A DNA stretch of 64,000 nt from a virus. Under the pieces are notes generated by a model, which was given only the letters and a program-made list of their open reading frames with translations, was not told the origin of the DNA and searched no databases. Where the stretch lies: IMG/VR virus record IMGVR_UViG_3300020404_001578, positions 79,639 to 143,638 of that record. The stretch is one strand, 5' to 3'. The translations under genes were made by a program, and so were the position numbers. Position 1 is the stretch's first letter, and every line of letters starts with the position of its first letter. Shown here in pieces: positions 17,901 through 27,107 of this stretch.

Positions 17901-19445
17901 TTTACCGCCTATCTTGAAACCACCTGTTGCCCTATAGTGAATGACTCCTAACCAACCGTCTAATTTTGGTGTGACAATTAATTCTGGTTCTTCGGCCAAT
18001 TCTGCTCTAGCCGTAGGGAAATCATACTCATGGAACTTGCTTCCTTTCTTCCACTTCTCGGCAATGAGAGTTGTTTCAAAGTCCTCAATCTTATCGGCTG
18101 AACGTAAGCATCTTGGTTCAATACCAAGTGTTCCTTTGCTTTCATATCCTCGTCCGATTTCTACTTCACTAAACCATGCGTCTACTAACAATGAAAGACT
18201 AGAGAAGTTCTTCATTACGTTATCTGGGTGCGCATCTATAGATGGGTCAAATGTAGTTAGTTGAGCAAGCGGTACAGGCACCCTAACAAATCCTGTTCCT
18301 ACATTGTCTGTAGGTCTGTACTGTGGTTTGTAATGCATACCAAAGAACATACCAAGCATTGAATTCTTATCTTGGACACTCAAATCAATAAGTAACTGCT
18401 CTCGTATTTGCGCTTCTTCTATTGCTTTGGTTCCTCTTCCTACAACTACTTCTATTCCTTTTGCTAGTTGCTCAATGTAGGTATTAATTTCTTGGAAGGC
18501 GACGATATCTCCTAAGTGCTTTGTACCAAACCAGATTTGCCAAGAGTTTCCTGTAAACATGATAATGTAAGGCACATCATCGTTTTCTAATTTGGTCGCT
18601 AAGGCTCTAATCTTGGTACGGATTCTTTTGTCTGGGAGATTGGCAGGATTGTCAATATCAATACAACCCATCTTCATATTTTGACCAGTTATTGAAGGAG
18701 TCCACCATAGACCACGAAATGAATCGCTACCTATTGCGATAACATCTTTGTATTCCTTTACAGACATAAACTCTGTAATATCATCATCGGAGTCTACTGT
18801 TGTATATGGTTCGCCCTTTGGTCTTGATACTAATGTAGACTTTCTGTTGTCTACTTTCTTGGCGTTGAATGAGAAGTAAACACTGGCAAGTGGGTGGTGC
18901 ATTGTTTTCTCTAGCATAAACTGTCCTACACGGTCAAAGTATTCGCTATTCTTTTTGGATGTAAAAATTGCATCGCTTAGTGCTTTTTGGTATGCGGGTG
19001 TTTCTTGCATTTCTGCAATTGTAAGTTTGCTCCATTCTGTAGCATCAATTCCTTCTAATGCTGCATATTCAATAGCACGTTCTTCAATAGTAAACGGCGC
19101 AGGTTCCCAAACTCTGTTCCGTTCAGATGTACCTAAATCTCCGTAGATTTCCTTTGCATGGCCTATAAGTAGGTCCCGCATTTCAACAAATAGGTCTTGG
19201 TTGTTTATCCCATCTGTAATATCCAAGATACGCTCAGAGGTTAGTCTATCTAAACTAGAAACACCTTGTATCATTTGTGATGGTATTCCTGTCCCTATTG
19301 GCGGGTAATACCAGAATCGCTTAGTGATTGACTCCTTACAGAACAATTCAATGTCTTGTACAGATGGTGGGTATTTACCTTCGGCTTCTAGTATACGAAT
19401 GAACTTATCAAATTCACGGTAAACGAATTTGTAGTCCCTATCCAT
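14964..19445 (-). CDS. AEP primase-polymerase plus ATP-dependent DNA ligase (LigD-like) plus JAB domain polyprotein
   Basis: CIDID..FTGNSWQIW (AEP); PKLDG, TGEM, HEGMV, KVKRKFTVDAVIIG and EPTTVVEVQY (ligase and OB fold); FHTHP..SSAD (JAB). Confidence 0.75.
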   Translation of the reverse strand: MDRDYKFVYREFDKFIRILEAEGKYPPSVQDIELFCKESITKRFWYYPPIGTGIPSQMIQGVSSLDRLTSERILDITDGINNQDLFVEMRDLLIGHAKEIYGDLGTSERNRVWEPAPFTIEERAIEYAALEGIDATEWSKLTIAEMQETPAYQKALSDAIFTSKKNSEYFDRVGQFMLEKTMHHPLASVYFSFNAKKVDNRKSTLVSRPKGEPYTTVDSDDDITEFMSVKEYKDVIAIGSDSFRGLWWTPSITGQNMKMGCIDIDNPANLPDKRIRTKIRALATKLENDDVPYIIMFTGNSWQIWFGTKHLGDIVAFQEINTYIEQLAKGIEVVVGRGTKAIEEAQIREQLLIDLSVQDKNSMLGMFFGMHYKPQYRPTDNVGTGFVRVPVPLAQLTTFDPSIDAHPDNVMKNFSSLSLLVDAWFSEVEIGRGYESKGTLGIEPRCLRSADKIEDFETTLIAEKWKKGSKFHEYDFPTARAELAEEPELIVTPKLDGWLGVIHYRATGGFKIGGKRIASKVTRLDRRGRKTSTTEEVTTVLVTSGGIVMWDNHITREFETLCKRMKLREAIITGEMIAYDDFGKVAGPAGVTAVINRKETTLTGGEETVESAKGEYGKGQATQNVKMFSKLRFATHDLIKLDGKEFAPEMDFREKHDILKEFGTFRIFPVEYYHLVTPFNQRFDSLWEQITVADGHEGMVVYTKDSRIKVKRKFTVDAVIIGIDKTSKRWIDGKGIGSAYVAVMKKRPNYGTTYVSLGRVGTTGITDEERMRLTEQVLGEDNANIIPIQQSIEKATEEKETTTGLEDVIFVEPTTVVEVQYETLLPERKGTFSVYRRQQKGKGKAAKTQVILIDKPVFSRRMRSARIVGVRDDKNALNYLDANHEQGEAAGGFKIGARPNPAPEPDHIQLPLDYLANLEQELVLSPRSADKKMIAVKMSIEELVTRSFVGDVHKKRKFQAPIDMWRKLYNLMDRRREFVGFVKDNEIHYGSSHVRGAVNYEFHPDMLDCDFMFHTHPYSRLFRTELGFMSSADMIAMSMVSFSYNIDWHVIVEQYGFECIRTVPQKPMIKLLKAWVKAFKKEDKKALTKIDKQIRKAFKEHAQICRDAYSEKTSMRRRAYNYLVHHNYAFTPFDLSAMVIKEVNQKSKYFQYEYRTLPLPLYSVQWKGDYPQIEAIKNPAFYGYEPKRMVRGGTPADDKFLKIEQEFDLAYKRAYGFDKPPGDQKLYLFGTQARGQSGGYQTPSPVQIRGKKVYLDASLLPQGVFATAIYDDFGEGQDAAKLLPQYDKDYTVPKSWYDIEKGLYHEDKEQAARDYALGVRVAFDAGKPTEQLEPEEFFNKWYENIDQMDIDVKDASKESPLTKAEKRKLLEVLDGNIAINPAFVTPDWEQRIDAYEMFYNETQQKEGPANVDAIIQSKYPTWEYEALEKARKLRQMERELGYTDDEINMIKQSFSPQTSSVTLTSAFSSLYGPSLFGDLEEEDDDDGTESEDD

Positions 19446-19447
19446 AA

Positions 19448-22321
19448 TTACAACCCCGGTCTACGTACTACTTGCTCAGGTCTTATTTGGCGTGGAGATA
19501 TATCTGTAATTGCTGCAACAATTGGTTCTCCAGATTGACTACCTCTTGGTCCTCGCATTTGCTGACGCATCATTTCCTTTGCTTCTTCATCAAATACCAT
19601 TGCACTATATTCGCCTCGTACATTTGCAGGTATATCTGCAAAGGAGCGCATAATGTAGAGCAATGTTTGGTATGCAGGGAAGTACCTACGGCCAAGAATC
19701 TTAGCCTTGGAGTCTTGGTGTAATCTTTCAACAAAATAGCGTTGTAGTGTTGGTATATCGCTAATCATATTGATTCTAATCTTGTCAAGTGCTGCGGAAA
19801 GCCTTCCTAAGAATGTGAATGAATTGAAGTAGGTTGTTTCAAGGAAGTTCATATAATCAATAAGTAGTTCACGTTGCTCCTCTTCGTTTACCGTTTCTCC
19901 GTACACTTCTGGGTCTTTGCGTAGGTTGGCAACCGTGAATGTTGTGGCCCAGTGTTCTGGCACTAATGGGTATTGCATGGTAAGTTCTGAGCGATACTTG
20001 TCTACGGTATCAAGAAGTAGGTTCCACATAATATGCGGTTTCAAGTTTTCAGTAGATGCAATAGACAATGCTTGTTGTTTAATTAGCATCCACATTGTTG
20101 GTAAAATTTTCTTGTTTGATTGGTTCTTGTTTTTACCGCCCTGTCCCTTGCGATTCTTTTTCTTTTTCTTACCTGCTTGTCTAGCGGTTTCAGCAACATA
20201 TGCATTTTGCTGAGTTACGTATTCAATGAAAATATCACGCAGTAATGCACTATCTAGTTTGAGGAAGATGACTTCTGGTTTTACTCTTTCAAGTTGGTAC
20301 TCTTGGTCTTCTTGTAGACCTGCAGGTGGAATATACATTTCCTGTACTAACACGTTGCCCTTTAGTTGTGGTCCTGCGGTTGTTAGTGTTGGCGAAAATT
20401 GTGATATGGAACTAGACAACCATTGTACTTCGGCACCTAGTAGGTCTTGAGAGTAGAACTTCTCCATGTTTAGTGTCCCTGTTCGCATACTTGCGTACTG
20501 TGTTGCTAACTGTCCTAGTGTAATCTCCAGTCTTTGCTCAACTAGGAATTCACCGATTGGTTTTGATGAACCTCCGCTACCTCCGCCTCCTCCAACAGGC
20601 GAGCGCAAATTTGGCTCCTTGTTTTTGCCTTGGAACCTACTGAACTTCTTGTATCCTACGAAGTTGGTAATAAGCGTAGCATATGTTTCAAATGTCATGT
20701 ATACGTCCATTACAATGCGCATGAATACTTTGTGAAGGTTGTCAATCTTACCTCCTAAATTCTTTTCTCGCATTTCTTCTTCATCTAACTCTACTTCGCT
20801 ATCTTCATCATATACTGTAAATTCATTACGTTCCAGCCATGTTACTGCATTTTCATCTGGGCTACCATCTAATAATGGGTGAAGCGGGAATATTGCTTCT
20901 CCGTTGTAATCTCCTTTGTAAATTCGTGAAACTTGATACCTATCTGCGGGTCCTACTCTCTCTACCTTACTGATGTAGAAAGTTTCCTCTGGGTCAAATT
21001 CTTCTTGTAATCCGAGTAGTTCCTCATCTTGATTGTCTGGTGGCCCGACTTGTAAATTATCAACTTGTTGTTGAAACCTATTGCGTACGGCTTCTTTTAG
21101 TTTAACTGCTGTACCTTCACCGAATGCTGCACGGCCTGCATTAAGTAATTCTTTGATGAAGTACTCTCCTGCCTTGAACATATTATCTCGCTGCGTTGCA
21201 TTCTTTGCAATCCTAAAAATCACACTCGGCATTGCGACTCGTAAATCTGGTTCCTTGTTGTTATTCCTGCTAACAATTGTCTGTCCTCCGCAAGCGTCAA
21301 TGATATTCTGTTCGTCCGGGGTCATAGTGGCAACTTGCTCTAAGTACATCTGATAATCTGGATGTGCGCAAATGTGTTTCGCCCATTCATAGAATAATCT
21401 TGGTGCGGTTTCAATACCTTCATTGTCTAAATCTCTAGCAATATTATTGATGTTTGATATCGGTTGATATTCAGTTTGTAGTTCGTTTGGTTCTCTATGT
21501 TGGAATTGGTACAGGTAGTCATATCTTTGTTGAGGTATATTGTCTACTATGTCGTCTATGATGAAGTCTAATCTATTGCCTATGTAATTGGCCAGTTTTG
21601 TTAAGTCACCACTTACTAACATAGTGCCTAAACTGGGTAGAAAGAAGCGTGTTGCTTGTGTTCCTGCGTGGAGTTGTTTATTGGCCCAGTGGGACATTCT
21701 TGCCTCAATTTGTGTCCGTCGCCTACTTTGTTTGACAAATGGCCCTGACGCTGCTGCTTCAAACCCAAAGAATCCGTTCAATTTGTCTAAGTATCGGCTC
21801 TCTACTCTTAGTCTGTTCGCAAGTCTATTCTCACGGTTTTCATTGGGTATAATACTTTGACGTTCAAGTGGGGCTCCATATTGTGTAGTTTTGAAACGCA
21901 TAATAGGTAATGTTCTGAAACTTTGCCTAGCCCCTATTTGTACCAATGGCGACATTACTGTTTCAGTAGTGTCGTAATGTTCTTCAATTTGTTGAATATA
22001 TTCGGCTAGTTCATCTTGGTCTGCTCTAGTCAAATCATTGGGGGTGAACGGAAATTCACCGGGGTCAATGTGTGGTCCCATTACTTGGCTTACTAGTAGT
22101 CTGTAATCGCCATAAACGTGGTAGTGAACTATGTCATCAAATGATAATTGACTGCGGTCGTCGGCGGCACCTACCCCTGAATAATCACGTAACATTGTGT
22201 AGTGAATTAACAAATACTCCTCAAGGTTCTTCGCAGCCTGTAGAGCCTTTTGTTTGGCGATATTAATGTCGCCGCCTTTTGGGGCTGCTACGTGTGCTTG
22301 CGACTTGATTGCCATACTCAT
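19448..22321 (-). CDS. Large hypothetical helical protein (probable virion or core protein)
   Basis: 957-aa ORF in a tightly packed operon; no motif recognised. Confidence 0.6.
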   Translation of the reverse strand: MSMAIKSQAHVAAPKGGDINIAKQKALQAAKNLEEYLLIHYTMLRDYSGVGAADDRSQLSFDDIVHYHVYGDYRLLVSQVMGPHIDPGEFPFTPNDLTRADQDELAEYIQQIEEHYDTTETVMSPLVQIGARQSFRTLPIMRFKTTQYGAPLERQSIIPNENRENRLANRLRVESRYLDKLNGFFGFEAAASGPFVKQSRRRTQIEARMSHWANKQLHAGTQATRFFLPSLGTMLVSGDLTKLANYIGNRLDFIIDDIVDNIPQQRYDYLYQFQHREPNELQTEYQPISNINNIARDLDNEGIETAPRLFYEWAKHICAHPDYQMYLEQVATMTPDEQNIIDACGGQTIVSRNNNKEPDLRVAMPSVIFRIAKNATQRDNMFKAGEYFIKELLNAGRAAFGEGTAVKLKEAVRNRFQQQVDNLQVGPPDNQDEELLGLQEEFDPEETFYISKVERVGPADRYQVSRIYKGDYNGEAIFPLHPLLDGSPDENAVTWLERNEFTVYDEDSEVELDEEEMREKNLGGKIDNLHKVFMRIVMDVYMTFETYATLITNFVGYKKFSRFQGKNKEPNLRSPVGGGGGSGGSSKPIGEFLVEQRLEITLGQLATQYASMRTGTLNMEKFYSQDLLGAEVQWLSSSISQFSPTLTTAGPQLKGNVLVQEMYIPPAGLQEDQEYQLERVKPEVIFLKLDSALLRDIFIEYVTQQNAYVAETARQAGKKKKKNRKGQGGKNKNQSNKKILPTMWMLIKQQALSIASTENLKPHIMWNLLLDTVDKYRSELTMQYPLVPEHWATTFTVANLRKDPEVYGETVNEEEQRELLIDYMNFLETTYFNSFTFLGRLSAALDKIRINMISDIPTLQRYFVERLHQDSKAKILGRRYFPAYQTLLYIMRSFADIPANVRGEYSAMVFDEEAKEMMRQQMRGPRGSQSGEPIVAAITDISPRQIRPEQVVRRPGL

Positions 22322-22893
22322 GCCCCGACAATGAAAGCGATAGTCTTGGTCTTACCCTTACCGCTTACATTGAGGGTGACGGAGTACTCAGTTATGGATT
22401 TGCCGTCTTGATTAATTTCTTTGTCAAAGTCAGTTTTTGGTTCAATATCAAACGATGATTGGACAACTCCTTCTCCGTACTGTTGTTCGGTGTTCTTGTT
22501 GTCCCTCATTGAGGTTGTTCTCATTGTTTCTGACTTGCTGACAGATTTGGTGCTACCATCATTGAATGTTGCTTTGATGGTTGCTGTAAGCGAATCTTCT
22601 CCATTATGGATTGCAAAGATGTTAATTTCACCATTGGTATCAAATCCTACTAGGGTTTGCTTTTGTGTGCTTCTTACATTAAGTGGTTGGAGTACAAATC
22701 CTGTACCACGTTCTTGGTATGCGCCTCCTGCGAATAAAGTTAAATCTCTGGCAGGAAGTACAGATGGTTTACTTGTTAGCCAAAGGTATGTTAGTCCACC
22801 AATCAATGCAATGCCACCAAGGGCTCTTGTTGCTTCTCGTTCATCAGTGGTCATTCGCTTTGACCCGCCGCCATCATAATTGTATCCTACCAT
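22318..22893 (-). CDS. Membrane-anchored beta-rich protein
   Basis: N-terminal TM ALGGIALIGGLTYLWL followed by a beta-rich domain; GAGGTGA RBS. Confidence 0.6.
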   Translation of the reverse strand: MVGYNYDGGGSKRMTTDEREATRALGGIALIGGLTYLWLTSKPSVLPARDLTLFAGGAYQERGTGFVLQPLNVRSTQKQTLVGFDTNGEINIFAIHNGEDSLTATIKATFNDGSTKSVSKSETMRTTSMRDNKNTEQQYGEGVVQSSFDIEPKTDFDKEINQDGKSITEYSVTLNVSGKGKTKTIAFIVGA

Positions 22894-22902
22894 CTATTCA
22901 CC

Positions 22903-23289
22903 TCAAAAGAAATTGGTTAGTGCGTCTACACCTCTACCTGCCTTCGCACTAGCCTGCGCAGGTAATGTTTTCAATCCTTTCGCAGCATTAACTACTACTT
23001 CAGGAATAAGACCTCTACCGGGGAATACTGCATCTTGCTTAACTAATACATCATATTCTTCTAGTGTATCAACCAGTCCTCTAAGTAAAGTAAAAACCAA
23101 CAACACATCGGAAGCAGTATTGACTTTGTTCCATGTTCTGTTTTTCATACCGAACTGCTTGTACTTTCTTGTTCTTTTACTTAGGGTCATTAGTTTGGCC
23201 GAGTTGATTGCAAGAATGAAACTCAATGATAGTGCATCAATAGTCTTCCAACCCTGTGCGGATATGCCAAATAGTGTGTGATTTGCCAT
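22903..23289 (-). CDS. Hypothetical protein with hydrophobic segments
   Basis: Start MANH is coupled to the upstream stop (TAATG). Confidence 0.55.
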   Translation of the reverse strand: MANHTLFGISAQGWKTIDALSLSFILAINSAKLMTLSKRTRKYKQFGMKNRTWNKVNTASDVLLVFTLLRGLVDTLEEYDVLVKQDAVFPGRGLIPEVVVNAAKGLKTLPAQASAKAGRGVDALTNFF

Positions 23290-26200
23290 TAGCCCACCAA
23301 CCAATTGATTCCTGTATCTGGGTCTACATCAAGACTAAAGGTTCCTCCAATGATACGCAAATCAATTACGTTGCCCTTTTCGTCTAATGCTGCATACAAG
23401 TCAGGTTCCTTGCGATGCCCCTTCTTTGGTTTTTTCTTTGGGAATCTCCCAAAGTCGCCAAATTCGTGAATGTACTTTTGCTTCTCGCCGTGTCCTTCTT
23501 TGTCTGAGCGATAGCCTACTGACCAACATCCTCCTTCTCCTACTCGTACTAATGTTGTTGGAATCTTGATGCTTGTTTTCTCAACTTTGTCAGGTGCTTT
23601 ACCATTGAACTCTCTATAGAGTTTAGTTGCTTTACCGCCGCCGGGGTTGTTTCTAACTGTGCTAGTCTTGATGGCATCTCCATGTGCAATCAAAGTGACA
23701 CTAGCCGTTCCTTTAGGTATTTCATAATCTAGATTTAGATTTGATATGGCGTTGCCTCCAAGTTCTACTGCTTTGTCTGAAAGTTCCTTTTGCATGGTTG
23801 CAACTGCCATAGCCATTCTCTTTTCAGCCATTGACGTTCTTCCTCCAATGATGCCTCTGTAGATTGCTTGTACTACTTCTCCAACGTCAGCACCAATGTT
23901 TCTACCAATGAACACTTCTGAAAATACTGTACCTAGTTTAGTATGCTTGCCTGTTGGTTCACCTGTCATAATAGGTATGACTCCGGCGGGATTTGCATAG
24001 GGTGAATCATCAAACATATCTCTGTATGCTTCTTCGTCTTCATCAGGGTCGTGTGGATTTACTTTCATTCCAGTCATTAAACGGAAGAAGTGTTCAGCAT
24101 GGTGACTTAATGGCTCAGACATAGTCAATGCTTCTTCTGGGGTCACCCAAATATAGTGGTCATGTTCTTCTGAAAGTACTACCTTTGCACCTTTCTTTGG
24201 TCTAGCAAGGAAGCAGTGGTAACATTTCTTCATATCATGGTCTACGTGTACTGGAGTTAGTTCTTTGACAATCTTTACGTCCATGCCTGCTTCTTCTTTG
24301 GTTTCAATCATAGCGGTTTGTTTTGGTGTTTCGCCTTCTTCTAATTTACCGCCGGGTAACTCATAGAGTCCATGCATTGATGTTTCCTTTGGTGACCTAC
24401 GTAGTAAGAGTACTTTCTTATCAGTTGCTCTTTGTACAATACAACCTGCTGCACGTCGGTACGATGATACATCAACATGACTTGGGTTGTCTAAATGAGC
24501 AGGTACTTTCTTGAATCGGTCAGCAAGTGCTGTAATCCCTGTGTATTGGTCTATGGCCAAGTAAAGACCGGGGATTCCTAATTGTCTGCCTACTTCTAGA
24601 TTCTTTGCATTGTTGTCAAAGAAGAACCTAACATCGTAAGTTGATTGTAGGCTACTCAAGATATTCTTTTTCCAAGCCGCAGTTTCTCTTGCAGTCTCTG
24701 GTTTGCAATAAACCAAAGTTGCCCCGTATTTGTCGTTTGTTAGTGGGAAACCTAAGTTTCGTAGTTGGGACTTGGTTAATTCCAGAGTTGTGTCTGGTCT
24801 TCCGGTGATGTAAGCAATCTTGTAACCTTCCTTGAGCATGGCGTGTGCAAAGTCTACTGCGCCTATGATTGGCTTGTCAAGTGAGAACCTGTCAGAACTA
24901 TAGAAGTACTCACGGAAAGCCTCTCTACCCTTCGGGTGCTGTTTCTTTCCTACTTGCTTGGGGTCAAACAAACCCATACGCTTTGCAGACCTCATTCGCT
25001 GACTTGTGTCTACTAATGTATCATCAATGTCTAGAGCGATTAGTAATTCAGGTTTGGTGTATGCGTAGCCTGTTGGCTGATAGTCATGTGTAGCCCTAGG
25101 TCGCATCTGTACTGGCGTAGTAGTGTTTAACATTTGAGGGCTTGGGTTATTTTTAGGTTTACCTTTGCCCTTGCCCTTGCGTTTGCCCTTACCTTTGCCC
25201 TTGCCTTTGCCCTTCCCTTTGCCCTTGCCTTGCTTCTGTTGGTTTTGGGGTTGGTTTTGGGCTTGTTTTTTCTTGTGTCCTTTACCAGATGAATTGTTTG
25301 CAGTAATTTCAATGTGACTGCCTATGTAATTCCAATATGATACGAATGAGATGAAGTCTACCCAGAGATAACCTCCGTCGCCGTAACCTTCTCCATAACT
25401 GTTTCTAATCAATACCCAACACTGGTTCAAATCATCTATTAATGGTGCATCAAGGTAATAGCGTGGCTTTTCATGTTTCCCCTTTGTATTGAGAGTCAAG
25501 AGTTGTTGTTGTTTCGGAGGGTCATCTGGTTTACCTCCTTGTTTTTGTGTTGTTGGTTCATCCAGTACTTTTGGTTTTGGGTCTTCTGGTTCGGATACTA
25601 TGGTTTTTTGTTTGCCTTTCCCTATTCTTACTTCTATGTTCTTTGAAGGATAATTTCTTGCAATGATTTCTAATATGGTGTCTATTTCTTCATTAGTGAA
25701 ATTTTTGTTTCCAAGATTCACTTTGATTTCATTGGTCTTATGGTCTACTTGGATAAATTTCTTTATTGCTGCTATTGACAGACCAAGGGCTTTGTTTAGT
25801 TCCTGATACATGAAACTGCCACCGCCCTTATGTGAGCCGTATCTAGAATATTTTCCTGTCTTTTTGGTATGTTTTAGTGGGTCCATTCTAAGGCGTGGGT
25901 TCTCCAGTATACCGGGTGCTTTGATTGCTTCAGTTACTTGCACGCCAACAATGCTTACTGCGTGGTTGCCACCTCCAGTAGGTCCAGATGCAATCATGTA
26001 ATTGCTAGAGGGTCTTCTAAGCGACTGTGGCCATCCAGTAGAAAGATACAATGGTATACCTTGGTAAATACTTGAAGATACTATTTGCCAAATTTCCGAG
26101 GTGCTACCTGCTGCGCCTTCTCCTATTCTTTGTGCATAACTTCCTCTTGTCCATACATTTGAGCGATTTGTTTCTGAACCTACTGACACTTGTTTTGCTT

Positions 26201-27107
26201 GCTTTCTGAGTGCTAGCAACTTTGCATCATCACAGTTATCTGTTTCTGCTTCATTGAACGCTTCTATGTTGGTGTTTATTTGTCCTTCATTAACATCAGT
26301 GATAAGCATTGATTCTACAGTTCCGCCCATCCTCAAATCTCCTAACGGGGGTGGAGGCCATGGTCCCTTTGCTTTTTTGTACATCCAATGAACAAAGTTT
26401 GGGTTTGAATCAAAATTGTACCAACCTCCTATTCCTGCTGTTGCATGAGAATAGCAAGTTCCCCATGGATTTTGGTCTGTTATTGATTTGAATCTATTTT
26501 TGATGTTTCTTAACCGAAGCCATCCATCGTCGGTCAAGTCAAATCTTTCTCCTACCTCCATCTTGACAGGGGGTAAGTCATACACATAAGCAGGTTCTGA
26601 ATCTACCCCTCCTGCTAGTACTGTTTTGTGGTTGTATACTTCTGGTGGTGTATCTCTTAGTACTATACTTGATAGGTCTGATGTTAGTACCTCTGGGTCT
26701 TCGCCCAATGGTATATCAGGCATTTCTATACTTGGTTTTGGTAATTCTTTATTCTTCTGAGGGTCTATTGCAGGCACTGCAATATTACGTTCTGGTAGCG
26801 TGATATCTGGTAATGCAGGTACTCCTGCACTAAGGAATTTCGCATCTTGGATTTTCTTTGGTCTAATCTCTTTCATTATTGATTGATGATTCTCGGCGTT
26901 GGCTCGCTCTTGATGGTTAGCATAATCTGGCTGTGCTTGCCAGTTATACTTGTGCCAATACTTAGTGTGTCTATTGTTTTTGACTCCCCATGGTGTTTGA
27001 CTGGGGTTTCCTGCCAAACCACATCTTGCACAAGGTCCTATTGTTTCGTTATCGTGAGAACAGTAAGGACATACATACACTGACACCACCTCATACGTAC
27101 AAGTCAT
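23289..27107 (-). CDS. NP-delimited polyprotein: Zn finger, papain-like C1 cysteine peptidase, HAD phosphatase, Nudix hydrolase, YbjQ-like and C-terminal domains
   Basis: CPYC..CARC; DQNPWGTCYSHA / GNHAVSIVG / IRNSYGEGYGDGGY; DIDDTL..ITGRP..FDN; Nudix box GGKLEEGETPKQTAMIETKEEAG. Confidence 0.85.
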   Translation of the reverse strand: MTCTYEVVSVYVCPYCSHDNETIGPCARCGLAGNPSQTPWGVKNNRHTKYWHKYNWQAQPDYANHQERANAENHQSIMKEIRPKKIQDAKFLSAGVPALPDITLPERNIAVPAIDPQKNKELPKPSIEMPDIPLGEDPEVLTSDLSSIVLRDTPPEVYNHKTVLAGGVDSEPAYVYDLPPVKMEVGERFDLTDDGWLRLRNIKNRFKSITDQNPWGTCYSHATAGIGGWYNFDSNPNFVHWMYKKAKGPWPPPPLGDLRMGGTVESMLITDVNEGQINTNIEAFNEAETDNCDDAKLLALRKQAKQVSVGSETNRSNVWTRGSYAQRIGEGAAGSTSEIWQIVSSSIYQGIPLYLSTGWPQSLRRPSSNYMIASGPTGGGNHAVSIVGVQVTEAIKAPGILENPRLRMDPLKHTKKTGKYSRYGSHKGGGSFMYQELNKALGLSIAAIKKFIQVDHKTNEIKVNLGNKNFTNEEIDTILEIIARNYPSKNIEVRIGKGKQKTIVSEPEDPKPKVLDEPTTQKQGGKPDDPPKQQQLLTLNTKGKHEKPRYYLDAPLIDDLNQCWVLIRNSYGEGYGDGGYLWVDFISFVSYWNYIGSHIEITANNSSGKGHKKKQAQNQPQNQQKQGKGKGKGKGKGKGKGKRKGKGKGKPKNNPSPQMLNTTTPVQMRPRATHDYQPTGYAYTKPELLIALDIDDTLVDTSQRMRSAKRMGLFDPKQVGKKQHPKGREAFREYFYSSDRFSLDKPIIGAVDFAHAMLKEGYKIAYITGRPDTTLELTKSQLRNLGFPLTNDKYGATLVYCKPETARETAAWKKNILSSLQSTYDVRFFFDNNAKNLEVGRQLGIPGLYLAIDQYTGITALADRFKKVPAHLDNPSHVDVSSYRRAAGCIVQRATDKKVLLLRRSPKETSMHGLYELPGGKLEEGETPKQTAMIETKEEAGMDVKIVKELTPVHVDHDMKKCYHCFLARPKKGAKVVLSEEHDHYIWVTPEEALTMSEPLSHHAEHFFRLMTGMKVNPHDPDEDEEAYRDMFDDSPYANPAGVIPIMTGEPTGKHTKLGTVFSEVFIGRNIGADVGEVVQAIYRGIIGGRTSMAEKRMAMAVATMQKELSDKAVELGGNAISNLNLDYEIPKGTASVTLIAHGDAIKTSTVRNNPGGGKATKLYREFNGKAPDKVEKTSIKIPTTLVRVGEGGCWSVGYRSDKEGHGEKQKYIHEFGDFGRFPKKKPKKGHRKEPDLYAALDEKGNVIDLRIIGGTFSLDVDPDTGINWLVG
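25155..25235 (-). repeat. (Gly-Lys)n low-complexity coding repeat
   Basis: QGKGKGKGKGKGKGKGKRKGKGKGK just before an NP junction. Confidence 0.8.
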
